Positions 46,595 through 59,618 of a stretch of DNA of 64,000 nucleotides are shown here, one piece after another. The stretch spans positions 21,474,210-21,538,209 of the forward strand of contig NC_134030.1 in the NCBI RefSeq assembly GCF_964204645.1, read 5' to 3'. Within the stretch, counting starts at the first letter, position 1. Every line of letters begins with the position of its first letter. Source of the DNA: Tubulanus polymorphus (lineage: Eukaryota > Animalia > Nemertea). The translations under genes were made by a program, and so were the position numbers. The notes under the pieces are model-generated. The model made no database searches, was not told where the DNA came from, and saw only the letters and a list, made by a program, of their open reading frames with translations.

Positions 46595-47602
46595 TATTAT
46601 TAGGAATAAAGCCTTATATTCGAAATCGAAGAAAATTCATAATATTTCGAGAGACCGTTCTCTGTTTTTCCGTGACATTTCCGTAGCCGCCCATACAGAA
46701 CGAAAACAATAAACGAAAATTGAAAATTTCCATATAGCTTTTCATGGGCACTGGAAAAAAATTCACATTTTCAAATATTCAACAAACCTGTAGAAATCCT
46801 GGGAGAGTTGATTGTTCGGATTTGATAGAGGGAGGACACACAGAGGGGGGACTGAGGTTGATAGATGATAATGAACAGGGGAGGGGGAGGGGGTATTAAC
46901 TAGTAAATTGATGGATTAGATACAAGTTTATCAGATTATCATATAAACCTCACTGCGTAGCTGTTTTTGTAATGCATTTCACGGTAACTTCGCTATCCGG
47001 TTCAAACAGCCAGTGCGCTCTGTATCTGTACCCTCACATTTCATACAACATTAATAACTTTGCATATATAATTTCATTTCATTGGATGGAATTGATTTTT
47101 AGATTTTCAAATCATCTCCAGCACTTTCGAGTGTTAATTAGTCAGCACTAAGTGAAATTCATAAGATATACGAGATGAGCGGTTTTTGTAGTTCAAAGCA
47201 GTTAATTCTTTTATGACTCTTAGGGCCGAATTGATTTATTAATCGTAATTCTGAAAGGAGAAATTTTTGTGAAAAACTGCCGACGATCTAAACTAGCCAG
47301 TCTTTAAATCTACGCTGCCTGTCTTAGAAGCGTGACTAAGACACTTCTTCCGACGGCGCCGCTATCAAAGAAAGCCTTCTACTCGGCAGTCTAAACAACA
47401 CTTTAATTTATAGTCCTTGCCAAGTCTGGGGAATATAACCACTAGTCTCTCGGTAGCAGCAGCAGCAGCACCTGAGAGCAAGGTATAGTTTATGGGCTAA
47501 TTAACGACAAGGTTGCTACTAGCAACCACTCATAGTACGCGTCGTAGCAAAGATCCATCTCGGAAAATTAGAGGAAAAAACAAAAATAGTTATTCTGAAA
47601 AT

Positions 47603-48561
47603 ATCGCAGCAAGAGACAGCAGTATTTCACAAACTCTTACTCGGTATTTGACACCAACCCGGGGTAGAATTTTACCAGTCTCAACTTTACCACAGTAAGA
47701 GACAGAGTCTACTGTATTTCACAAACTCTTACTCAGTATTTGACACCAACCCGGGGTAGAATTTTACCGGTCTCAGCTTTACCGCAGTAAGAGACAGAAT
47801 CTACTGTATTTCACAAACTCTTACTCAGTATTTGACACCAACTCGGGGTAGAATTTTACCGGTCTCAACTTTACCGCAGTAAGAGACAGAATCTACTGTA
47901 TTTCACAAACTCTTACTCAGTATTTGACACCAATTCTGGGTAGAATTTTACCGGTCTCAACTTGACCACAGTAAGAGACAGAGTCTACTGTATTTCACAA
48001 ACTCTTACTCAGTATTTGACACCAACTCGGGGTAGAATTTTACCGGTCTCAATTTAACCACAGTAAGAGACAGAGTCTACTGTATTTCACAAACTCTTAC
48101 TCAGTATTTGACACCAACTCGGGGTAGAATTTTACCAGTCTCAACTTTACCGCAGTAAGAGACAGAGTCTACTGTATTTCACAAACTCTTACTCAGTATT
48201 TGACACCAACTTGGGGTAGAATTTTACCGGTCTCAACTTTACCGCAGTAAGAGACAGAGTCTACTGTATTTCACAAACTCTTACTCAGTATTTGACACCA
48301 ACTCGGGGTAGAATTTTACCGGTCTTAACTTTACCGCAGTAAGAGACAGAGTCTACTGTATTTCACAAACTCTTACTCAGTATTTGACACCAACTCGGGG
48401 TAGAATTTTACCAGTTTCAACTTTACCGCAGAAGGAGACAAGAGTCTACTGTATTTCACAGACTCTTACTCAGTATTTGACACCAACTCGGGGTAGAATT
48501 TTACCGGTCTCAACTTTACCGCAGTAAGAGACAGAGTCTAATGTATTTCACAAACTCATAC
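47603..48561. repeat. 92-bp tandem repeat (~10 copies)
   Basis: TATTTCACAAACTCTTACTCAGTATTTGACACCAAC... recurring every 92 bp. Confidence 0.95.
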
Positions 48562-48886
48562 TTAAGACCAACCCTTTAGAAATAACAAGCTCATGACAGA
48601 CCATAAATTAACACTCAAGAAAAATAGTAGAAAATTCTCAACCATATAGGCCTAAAGTTGTTCTTTTTTGGTTCTTCAGGAGAGATATATCAAGCTAAAA
48701 AAATAAGCACATATCAAATCAATAGTATTGATATGATACGAATGTCATTGATCTGATTTCTAACTGCAGTTCATCGCACGACATGCAAATTATGACCTTT
48801 GAGTAAATTATTAATTACTTCCTTATCATCAATCTAGCTCATCAAATTCCATATCAGTCCGGACCAAATTTTCCACCGCAATTAGA

Positions 48887-49310
48887 CGGTCATCCTTATT
48901 ACCGAGATGAACCGAGATGAAATTAAATATAACATATTTATTTATTCCTTATCGATTTTTACAATTGAAATCATATTATATCAGTAATAAATGCCTGCTG
49001 GAGTCATATTTTACATATTTCGTCGGATATTTTTGTAGAAAAATAACTTTTAACTTTACCGAGATGAGATGATCGATCAATCAAATTCAATGAAATTTTA
49101 TTGCTAACCGAGTTAACGTATTTGAAGTCAAAATTTTTTTAAAATAAAAAATATGTAAAATATGACTCTAGGAGGTATTTATTACTGCTATAACATGATT
49201 ACAAGTGTTAAAATCGATAAGGAATAAATAAATATGTTATATTTAATTTCATCTCGGTTGATCTCGGTTCATCTCGGTAAAATACGCCATCTCAGTAATA
49301 AGGATGACCC
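48887..49310. mobile_element. Foldback-type MITE with 8-bp TSD
   Basis: CAATTAGA|CGGTCATCCTTATTACCGAGATG...CATCTCAGTAATAAGGATGACCC|CAATTAGA; arms are inverted over most of the length. Confidence 0.8.
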
Positions 49311-49874
49311 CAATTAGAAGTCATCGAAACCAACCCAAAAATCCAGACTCGGCCAATTGTGACCAGAAAGACAATCTAAATGACGACTTACACTTAGTAA
49401 ATTGAATTAGAAGTAGAAATAGGGACTCAAAGATTTTGAGGGGTGACATAACATAAGATCTTTGTTTGGAACCCCCTACAACAGCAGAGGGCTGTTAACT
49501 CAGAGTCAAATCTTAACTCACAACTGTGGAACTGGGTCCGGATCTACAGACTGACTTTTCTGAGAAGAGACGAGTTGATACTGATGAGCTAAAAGGAATT
49601 CACTCTGTAGTTACCTGACTTGAGTGGCTGCCACCTGTCATACCTCTCTCACCCAAATTGCTGCCTTACCCTCCAAAAGTTCTTTAAAAAAAATCACACA
49701 CCTGTTTGGGTTTTTGGCAATCCAGATAATTCAATACCGAAAATCCGTGCATTATTTCATAGAGTAAATAAAATGAAGATTTGAATTTACATTGATTCTG
49801 ATGTTTACGCGTCGATTTCTAAAGTTTTTCGTTATTCCCGAATTTCTAAAATATCCCAATCCCTAAAAACTCAC

Positions 49875-50090
49875 CTGGATTCGACTTGAACTCGTCTTAA
49901 AATCCTCTCCGTTAACTATAACTCCTCAAAACGATCCGAAATTAGAGTTTTTAGGAACCGCAGCGGTAACTCCCAACTAATTTGGACTTGTGTTCACTGC
50001 GCCTGCGCCGAACTGGCTGACCGGTCGCTGACACCTGTTGTTAAGTCTTAGTTCGCGTTGACACCGCTAGACAGCAGCACTGCCATATTG
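49875..50090 (-). promoter_or_regulatory. Probable non-coding first exon and promoter of the wHTH-PNP gene, divergent from HEXIM
   Basis: Strong donor CCAG|GTGAGT at 49875; CpG-rich unique sequence; NRF1-like TGCGCCTGCGC near 50000. Confidence 0.5.
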
Positions 50091-50819
50091 AACTGTTAAT
50101 TTTCAATTTCCTTCTAATATCTCGATAAAAGCAATGGATTTCTCTAATTTCTGAATCGTATTTTCTTTATCGCACCGAAAATTGGGTCTGTGATGAATAA
50201 CCGCATCTGCCAATCTCTGCCGTATATGAACTAACAGCAGTCAACTGGGCTGTGTTTACAAGTCAAGTTCGAATCCCGACCTAAAACATTAGTCTTAACG
50301 GAGAGTATTTCAACAATGAGGTTATATATATGCTTTATGTTTCCAAAACCTAAATATGTATATTAAATTTATTGGAAAGAACCGTTCATTTTCTTGGCAA
50401 TATACATTTTTTTAAATTTTAGAAAATGACAACAGCAATCGGTCTTGCTGAAATCCGTATTCACCGATAGCTTTTCGTTCCAGCATTCGCATATTTCAAG
50501 AAATAATTCAGACAGTTTTCAAACGAAAAATGAGTATTTTATGGGCGTGTGAAGCGCGCAACTCTTGCTGGTTATTATGCACTCTTCGCTCATAATACGG
50601 GACGACTCACATTCGTCTACTTTGTGTGAATACGCGACATTGTTTTACCATTTGAGATAGCGTTTCGGGAGGAATCGACATCGTGTAGATATAACCGCAG
50701 ATTCAGGATCAACTGCGGACCCACGGGAACTAATTGTCTGCTAGCGGTAACGGTTGGATTATCGTGGAATCCTGGTCAAAACATACTATTTTACGCGCGT
50801 AGGTAGACGACTATTCTGG

Positions 50820-50856
50820 TATATAAACGCGCGCCGACTCTTGACTTGTCATTAGT
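50820..50856 (+). promoter_or_regulatory. HEXIM core promoter: TATA box and initiator
   Basis: TATATAAA at 50820-50827 with TCATT Inr-like motif ~30 bp downstream, about 100 bp before the ATG. Confidence 0.55.
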
Positions 50857-50949
50857 CCGCAGAACTCGGCCGTTATGTGTACGCGTCTTGGCTTGTTATT
50901 GAAAATTACAAATAAACCTTGTAAACTGGGAAAATAAGCGATTATAGCG

Positions 50950-51792
50950 ATGGATGTTGATCAGTTTAAAGTTCCGAGTGATATATCAGTGGTTAGAGTC
51001 AGTGTTAGCGATGATGAGAGGGTGGATGTCGTGGGGGTCGGGGATCGAAGCCCCGATGACGAGCTGCCCTCGTCGGGCGGGGACGAGGCCACCGAACCGG
51101 GCGGCGTATCGAGCGCGAACGGTCGCAATAAAAAGCGACATCGGCGCGGTAAACACAAAGGAGGTAGCAAACACGCGAAAAAGTGGCGACCGTATAATAA
51201 ACTGACCTGGGAGGAGCGTAAGGAGCTTGACGATAAGGAGTCGAAGCGCGCGACTCTGAAACGGGAGGAGCGATTCCTTCACGGGCACCCGGTTGCTCCT
51301 TATAACACCACGCAGTTTCTGATGGACGAGCATAGCAAAAACGAGAACATTTCACCATTCGTGAAAAATGACGTTCCCGAAGTGACTGCTGCTCCTTTGG
51401 AGTTGGGAGCCGGTGGCGAGGACTCCTCCGATAGCGCCGGAGGGGTAGGGACAGGAGCAGACGACGAGGATACGTTCTTGAGGAACGATTTCAGCGAAAC
51501 GTACGAGAATATTCACGCCGAACGTTTGCAGGCCATGTCGAAACAGGAGCTGATACAAGACTATTTAGACTTGGAGGTGAAAGTCGAACGGCTGGAGAAC
51601 CGAGTTAAAGACTTGGAGGAGCGACAGGAGAAACAGTTGAGGTTTACGTGTTGCGAACTGAAGGAGAACGTTCTGTTCAGACCGGACAATTCGCTGTTGA
51701 AACTTTTGAAAGACGAAATCGAACATTTAAAAGGGGATAATGAAAAGTTACGCAAAGATAACAGTCAATTATCTCAAACTACGAAATCGTGA
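50950..51792 (+). CDS. HEXIM1: Protein HEXIM (P-TEFb inhibitor, 7SK RNA-binding), intronless, 280 aa
   Basis: Basic RNA-binding region KKRHRRGKHKGG, WRPYNKLTWEE, diagnostic PVAPYNTTQFLM (PYNT), DFSETYE..ERLQAMSKQELIQDY coiled coil. Confidence 0.97.
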   Translation: MDVDQFKVPSDISVVRVSVSDDERVDVVGVGDRSPDDELPSSGGDEATEPGGVSSANGRNKKRHRRGKHKGGSKHAKKWRPYNKLTWEERKELDDKESKRATLKREERFLHGHPVAPYNTTQFLMDEHSKNENISPFVKNDVPEVTAAPLELGAGGEDSSDSAGGVGTGADDEDTFLRNDFSETYENIHAERLQAMSKQELIQDYLDLEVKVERLENRVKDLEERQEKQLRFTCCELKENVLFRPDNSLLKLLKDEIEHLKGDNEKLRKDNSQLSQTTKS

Positions 51793-54672
51793 TTTGATTT
51801 CGGAATAGTTACAGTTGGACCCGCTTTAAAAGTCGTCGCGTGAGACTTATCCAAAATGATGATAACTTTTAACACTTAGGAAATGTGAATCAATTAAGAA
51901 ATTCAAATTAGGATTCAATTAGAAATAGAGTTGAACCGACTCTCGACTTACTCAGTGCACTGGATCGGATTTATACGAATTTGGACTTCAAAAAAAACGA
52001 CTTTATGCGACGATTTAAATCCGGGTTTGACTGTACAGTTCAGGCAGAATTCTCTGCCGAAAATGAAAAATGTTTAAAACGTTTTTGAAAGTCTTGAAAA
52101 GGGCAGCTCTTTTAATATTTTATCAGAACAGTCGTTTGGTGAATTAGGCCAATTATTGAGATAATCGTTAGTGTATTATTATTATAGTGTTTCTCGAAAT
52201 CATTGGACGTTTTAGGGTTTAAAAATGATACAATGGAAGCAATTGATTTCACAGTAAGTAAAATTCTGATTAAAACTTCGTGATTCTTGTATTAGTGTAC
52301 CGGATGAAATTAAATTACAGTTACATGTTTTGAGCTTTACGAATCGACATCTAAAAACACTGGGCTGGAAGCGTTTGAATTAAATTATTCGAGGTGGCGT
52401 TAGATTTGAATATTAAGTTATTGATTTTGTAACCGATAAGGCGTTCGCTCTTTGTAACGATTTTGCCGTCTCTGTTTTGATGACGACTGCCGATGTCGAA
52501 ACATATGGTGACCCGATTTCGCTATTTATAAATAACCCGGTTCTGTGTTTTAAGTAAAAAAGGCGAACTAGTTTCTTTGGGTCGAGTTACTCGATGTGAT
52601 AGGGGTTCGAAGGGTATTTTTAGAATAAAGCTTGACAAAAAATACACATGAAAAAAAAATAGGATCATATTATATTGAAGGATTTATTGTTTTGAAAATA
52701 ATATCGAAATTCAAAAATACGCAAAAAAATATATACACGTATCGAGAGTTATGAGTGCATTTAACGGGATTTATTAGGAAAAGTGGAAATTGAAAAAAAA
52801 ATATTTCTGACCCAAAAACGGTGTTAAATTTCTGTGCTCTTTGTGAGGGTTCTGCGGCAGTGCTGCTGCTGCTGCTGCTGCTGCTGTCAGCTTTTTCACT
52901 TGTTACAATGAAATTTTGAATTGTATTCGTCATGTTTTTTGTTCACACAATGTTACTGTCTAGTTCGAATGATGCCTTTCAGTGCGTATAACGATAATAA
53001 ATGCATATATTATTTTTTAATGAATATCATTAGTTGTTGTTTTGGTGGACTTTTCGTGAAGAATGGTGTTCGCGTTTTGTCGGATAGATGGCGCATGGGT
53101 CGTGCTCGGGAGCTGTGGATTTTTGTTGACTAGACTTCGGTCTTCTTACCAATTATCTCAACGTTGAGATAATTGCTCATAGGGTCTTGTGATTCTCGTA
53201 ACGGTAACCTATTTATTACACATAGACTTTCGGACCTATTACCTCTCGGTTGGCAAGAGCGGAGCCAGGAAGGTGGGAGAACAGGGTAGAAGGGCACAAA
53301 AATTAATCACCAAGGTCCATGGCGAGCGCCAAAAGTGTGCAGCCACCAAAGGGGATTTGGGGGCCCCAGAAAATGTGTGTTCTCCCAGGTTATTTGATGG
53401 CTGATGATGTTTGATTTGTCATGAGGAAAAAATTCATATTTCTTAATAGAGTTTTTAAAAACTTTCCTGACAAAAATTTTGAGGGCACCGAACATTTTGG
53501 AAGAACCTGATCCCAAATCTGAATGGGTGTCGATCATTTGCCGGTGTTAATGATTATACATTTCACACCCGAATTTGTGCTGTTGGAATAAAACTTTATA
53601 GAGTACCTTTCAGTTTCGTGGAGCTTACTACGGAACCTTCGTTAGAGACCCGGTTGCACAGATCAGGCCTGAGTTCAGTAAAACTTAATTTTAACTCCAT
53701 TTATTAAGATGTGTACTAATTTCAACTAGAGTTAAATGTCCGTCCAGGATTCACCCCGGTGATAAACCGACGGTCCGTGCAGCAGATGCTCCCCCTCTCC
53801 TCATCTCTTTGTCTCTGCTCAATGAGCGGCGCGGCGACTCATATGCCGAGAGGAAGGGGTTAAAATCGATACGGCTTACAACCGCGGGATACAATGAAAA
53901 ATCAATACTCATTTCCTATACCCCTATATATTATTATCTAAACTCAACGATAATTCGTCGATAGATTAATGTTTTCCGTCCATATTGTCGGAAATAATTC
54001 TCCAGCCACGTATTTTGATAAGCACCGTCAATCCACATTTCGGATTTTGCGAGAGCTCGAATAGAAAGTCAAGTTGTTGGCCGCGCGGCGACAAAAACTG
54101 TTAATGTCGTCATTCTGGATCCGTTCCACACAGCTGTGAGTTAGAGTAACTTAACTCCGAGTCAAAAAATTAGTTCATTTTCAATGAGTAAAAACTCTGA
54201 TTTTCAAAGGCGTCGTCATCCTAGCCTTTTCAATGATAAGAAATGCAGTTGTGTCAGACAAGGTTCCAAAATTGGCCCTGGATCCACTCCTGGTCGAAAT
54301 ACTATAATTTGAAGAACATATATCCTCTTTTGTCTGCACACAGTAATTTAAACTGGAAAATACAGATTGGGTTTAAAAATTGGGGCAACCAGTAAATTGA
54401 CCACAGACCCGACCATCTTATACTGCATAGAATTGTGTAATTGAAATTCAAAAATAGAGATGACTTCAGTAATGTGACGACTTATCCTTATCACGTTGCC
54501 CTTTTACAAAATTGGGATTCGAAGAAAGAGACGATTGTGACGAACAGTAATCGCAAATACAAAATTGAGACACTCAAAACAGATTCAGCAATGTGACGAC
54601 ATTTCCAAATGATGACTTCAATTACAAATTGAGACTAGTGACGACTTCGTAATCTAGAAACTTATCCAAACG

Positions 54673-55112
54673 ATGACTTACACTTAGTATAAAAATGAAT
54701 TAGAAATACAAATTGGAACCCTCAAAAATAGAGACTACTTTTCTGAAGGATGACTCAAAACCGAGTCCGATAACTGCTTTTACCATGACTTACACTTAGT
54801 ATAAAAATGAATTAGAAATACAAATTGGAACCCTCAAAAATAGAGACTACTTTTCTGAAGGATGACTCAAAACCGAGTCCGATAACTGCTTTTACCATGA
54901 CTTACACTTAGTATAAAAATGAATTAGAAATACAAATTGGAACCCTCAAAAATAGAGACTACTTTTCTGAAGGATGACTCAAAACCGAGTCCGATAACTG
55001 CTTTTACCATGACTTACACTTAGTATAAAAATGAATTAGAAATACAAATTGGAACCCTCAAAAATAGAGACTACTTTTCTGAAGGATGACTCAAAACCGA
55101 GTTCGATAACTG
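54673..55112. repeat. 112-bp tandem repeat (4 copies)
   Basis: ATGACTTACACTTAGTATAAAAATG at 54673, 54785, 54897, 55009. Confidence 0.92.
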
Positions 55113-58100
55113 GTTTTCTTAATATATACATGTAAACCCGAATTTCTAATTTCCCCACGATGCGCCTAGTGACGGCGGGTTTTTGAAGACCTCTTCATGA
55201 ATAAAGTAGGTCTATGCTACTACACAACCGAGCCTACGCACTAGATCGATAAACAGATGTGAAAAATATGATGACAACAGCGCGAGTTTTTTTTTCATTG
55301 ATAAATTTCATCGATCAGAAACAACCAACGAACTGGAATCTGCATCTGTTCAGAGAGAGAGAGATAGAGACCGCTCCTAGATCCCAGCTGACACTATACA
55401 CACCGCGACGACAATCGGCATATTCATATCAACGACTTTTGGTTTTAATTCATAAATAGTGATAATTTTTTGAGAGTTATTTTATTTCAAACAGGAGTTT
55501 GATGTAAACACGGTCCCTAACACGGCAAAATCCAGGCTGGCGAATCTAGAAAGTTAGGAGCACTTGTCAGTCCCAAAGGACGCGTTAGTCACAAAGGATC
55601 TTCCGGGCATAGCGCCCAGGGGCTGGTTCCTCAGTTGAGACTTTAGTCCAAAAATGGTCTTAAACTTTTTAAGACTTGTCTTAAGTTGTTTTTAGATTGG
55701 TTATAGAACTAAAGTGGTCTTAAACTGGTATTAAGTCTTAAGCCATGACTATGGAACTAGGCACTACATGAGATAACATGATATCATATCCATATCATGA
55801 TTTAGAATTATTGGATCTGGGTAGAGGACAAGTCAACTTTGGAATTATGATACTCCATACTTTTCGTGACGCAAACTTTCCTAGTGTAACAACATATCCA
55901 ATTTGATTTGCCCAAGGTGACAAAAGTTTGCATAGATAAATCAATAATCCATTTCTTTCAAAGGTAGTTGTGGAATGATTTCAGTGACAGCCAAGAAACG
56001 CTATCGACCACGCCACAGATTTTGTTTCACATAATGAAATTAAGGATGATTTCATTAAGTAATCATAATTCTCTAACGGATCATTCTAAGACATTTTAAT
56101 CAGATTAAATCTCCAATCGAGCTTGGCGCACACCATTGCAGAACCTGACGGAGACATCACCGCGCAGCCGATATGGAACTAACAACTGATTACTAAACGC
56201 CTGGATAGTTTGTTCCGGTGGTAGTTGTTTTGTTGGACTAATTTTACCCTACGTTATCACGACTACGCAATGGGGTTGTATGTGACACAATCTACCACCC
56301 CTCGACGTTCCTGTTATAAACCCCTCGACCGCAGTGCTGCAGTACTGCACGTATGTTGCACACACAGCGAAATTTCAGTATCAACAAAGAGTGCGTAAAT
56401 AACCGCAAGACTTCTACACTGTTCCGCTCATCTACGTTAGATGGCGCTGCGCTAAAATAGAGGGAATTGTAAATTGCAAGTTGAACAAAGTATTGTGTAT
56501 CGTAAATAACCTTGTATCCTATTTTTCTTTCAATACATGTAAATATTTTTAAACAAGATTATTTTCCCTCGACATGCTGGGAATAAAAGTAGACTGGTTG
56601 CCTAATTGAAGATAGAGACCGGTAACCAGTCTAGGAATGAAAGGAGAGTAATGGAATTATCTATCTGTAAGGGAATTGCTTGACTGACTTAATGAATCGT
56701 AACTCAAAGGAGTCATTCGAATGCTTGTACCGTACACCACGATGTTGAACGGTATTTTGAAATAAATCAGCCCAACCGAAACCAATCCGGAGACAAACAA
56801 GAATAAATCGAACACAAATTCACTGTTGTTTAAGCTTGAATATTTCATGATTTATAATTTTTTTAACATTTAAACATCCACATCATTTCAATCGATCTCG
56901 AAATTTCGCATTAATCACATCAAGGGAGGTGCAAGGAACCTTCCCGATACATATAGCAGTTTATCAATATGGACCCGATATCTGCACCGGCCCGAATAGG
57001 AACAAATTTATCTTTTGTTGTACCATAACCAGCTTCAACATAAACGCCAAATTCGTCAAGATTTTTTTTAGGAAAAAAAAAACATCGAACTCAAAATCTA
57101 AAAAGACCTCACGATCCAGTTCAACAGTTGTGAGTTTGAGTTAACATACGTGAGTTAATAGTGAAATTTTTGAGTCAAATCTGAACTCACAACTGTGGAA
57201 CTGAGTCCGGAATGTTTAGTCTTCAATCGCGACAATCCTACAAAGTTTATGCAACTGACTGTCACGTATTTCTAACAAGTACATGTAAATAGTTTTTTAA
57301 AACGCGTTTTCTTAAACTGTCGCCGCTCTCGGCGCGGGGTTCGGATGACGGCAGCCAAACGAACAGTACGACCTTGACCTCCACGGGAGCGCCTGGCTGG
57401 CAATCCTATTGGTCAAACGATTCTGACGTGACACCGATCACAGCAAGATTGAGATTGATAGATTCGCATATATAAAATTGTAACTAAACTTTCTAATCAA
57501 GTATATGTATGTGTATATCCTTACTGCAATAGAAAAAGATACATTTTCTTACATTCAAAGAAGGCTCATAACAATATCATTACTGAATCAGATATAATGT
57601 ATTTTCTTGAAGATGGAATAAATAAATACTACAGTCAATTAAATACTAGCTACATTTCACATTTGAGGCATTTGAATCTGCTGAGAATTTATAGTGGAAA
57701 GTGGAACTAGATTCAGAGACAAACTAATCCCACACACCTGTGGAACTGGTTCCTAAGCCCAAATTAAACCTATAAATGTGGAACTGGGTTTAGAGACAAA
57801 TTAAAGCCACGCAACTGTGGAACTGGTTCCAGACTCCGAATTAAAGCCACACAACTGTGGAACTGGTTCCAGACTCCATATTAAACCTGATTTACAGTGG
57901 AACTGGTTCCAGACTCAAAATTAAACCCACACAACTGTGAAACTGGTTCCAGACTCAAAATTAAACCCACACAACTGTGAAACTGGTTCCAGACTCAAAA
58001 TAAAACCTACACAACTGTGGAAATGGTTCAAGACTCAAAATTAAACCCACACAACTGTGGAACTGGTTCCTGACTGAAAATTAAACCCACAAAACTGTGG

Positions 58101-58523
58101 AACTGGTTCCAGATTCAAAATTAAACCCGCACTAACTCAAATCAACAGAAACATTCTGACTCAAAATCTCAGACCCTTACAATATATACATTGAAGATGA
58201 TAAGTTTCTATTGCGGTGAAATAACGATGAAACGTTCACAGATTTCAGTTTTCAGCTGTTGTTAATGTTTGCGCGCATATTTTCACAATGTCAATATACA
58301 TAAAATAGTTGAACATCTTGCGCAGTAAAAACGTTCAGATTTCATAAATCGAATGAGCCTTCAGATTCGAGATAAATTAGTGTATTATACAACAGATGGT
58401 CCTAACAACCCGGTACACACCTGCCTGAGTCTAACTTTCCACGGACTCTACTTGAAAGTATAAGGAATTTAATTAAGACCAGCGCAGCCTATGAAGTGTA
58501 TTCAAAATGTCTAAAAATATTAA

Positions 58524-58907
58524 CCCTTTCAGTGTGTCTACACCACAGTGCGGTGTATATATCAGTGATGAACTTAGCTAATACACCGCACTGCGATGTA
58601 TTAACAAAGTTTTTAAACGATATAAAAAAACATGTCCACTTTCAGTGTGTCTACACTGCAGTGCGGTGTATATATCGGTGATGGACTTGGCTAATACACC
58701 GCATCGTGGTGTTATTACTAGTAGTAATTAGTTTTTACCTCTGTTATTGAAAGATGGCAGCACCTACTAAACGTAGTGAACTATTAGTAACTAACAGTAC
58801 ACCGCACCGTGGCGTCGATACACCATAGCACCGGTTTATACAAAACACTGGGGTGGAATTTTCAAATTATCTCCGGCACATTCCGGTATAAGTCAGCACT
58901 GAAAGGG
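58524..58907. mobile_element. piggyBac-like MITE, same family in opposite orientation; further relics near 6590-6846 and 63570-63770
   Basis: TTAA|CCCTTTCAGTG...CACTGAAAGGG|TTAA; internal similarity to 10878-11212. Confidence 0.85.
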
Positions 58908-59618
58908 TTAAGATTTAAGAAAACCATTTTTAGGTTTTAACCAATAGAAAGCTTTCATATGTAGCCAAACCATCTGGCAAGATTAAGGACATAATGATCT
59001 CAACAATGTGTAAATAATAAAATAATCGAATAAAGAGTGACATATTTTCACAACAGCAAATTAAACATTGAACATTATATTATATTTCTCTATCAGCTTC
59101 TTCCATAGTTCAAAGGTAATGATAACAGCTTCACATATGATAGAATTTTCCTTATAGACGGCCATCTTTGTGAAATCCTTGCATCAAATTGTCCTCAATG
59201 ACATCATCAAATTGCCACTAAAGACACTTATAGTAAACGTGTCTGCCTTCATAAATCCCCCTATGACATCATCAAACTTTCTACTAGTGATTTGATATAT
59301 AGACACTTCAAGAAAAAATGTCTGCCTGTGTAAATCTCCTTATGACATCATAAAATTGCCTACTAGTGATTTGACCAAGAAACCATCATTAAAAATGGCT
59401 GCCCCGATCAATACCCCTATGACATCATAATCGAATCGTCCATAGATATCAAGGGGGATTCAAAGTCAGCCATCTTTTCTGAGTAGTCTATCAATCAATT
59501 TGATGATGATGATGTCATAGGGTGATTTATGGAGGCAGCCATTTTTTCTCTCACTTCAGATAACACATAATCCCTATAATCATTTTCGCGTCTTCAAAAA
59601 TATCGGAAACGTAAAATC

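Noticed and set aside
47603-48561. Regular arrays (also at 60102 and 54673) as CRISPR candidates
   Set aside because: Units are near-identical over their whole length with no unique spacers, there are no cas genes, and the context is eukaryotic.
50520-54100. 7SK snRNA gene next to HEXIM
   Set aside because: No recognisable paired GAUC stem or 7SK termini could be identified by eye.
54730-55112. Hammerhead-like CTGAAGGA-TGACTC-AAAACC-GAGTC-CGATAAC in the 112-bp array (possible retrozyme)
   Set aside because: The core has insertions, GAAA is not intact, and no stem I pairing could be found. An Infernal search would settle it.
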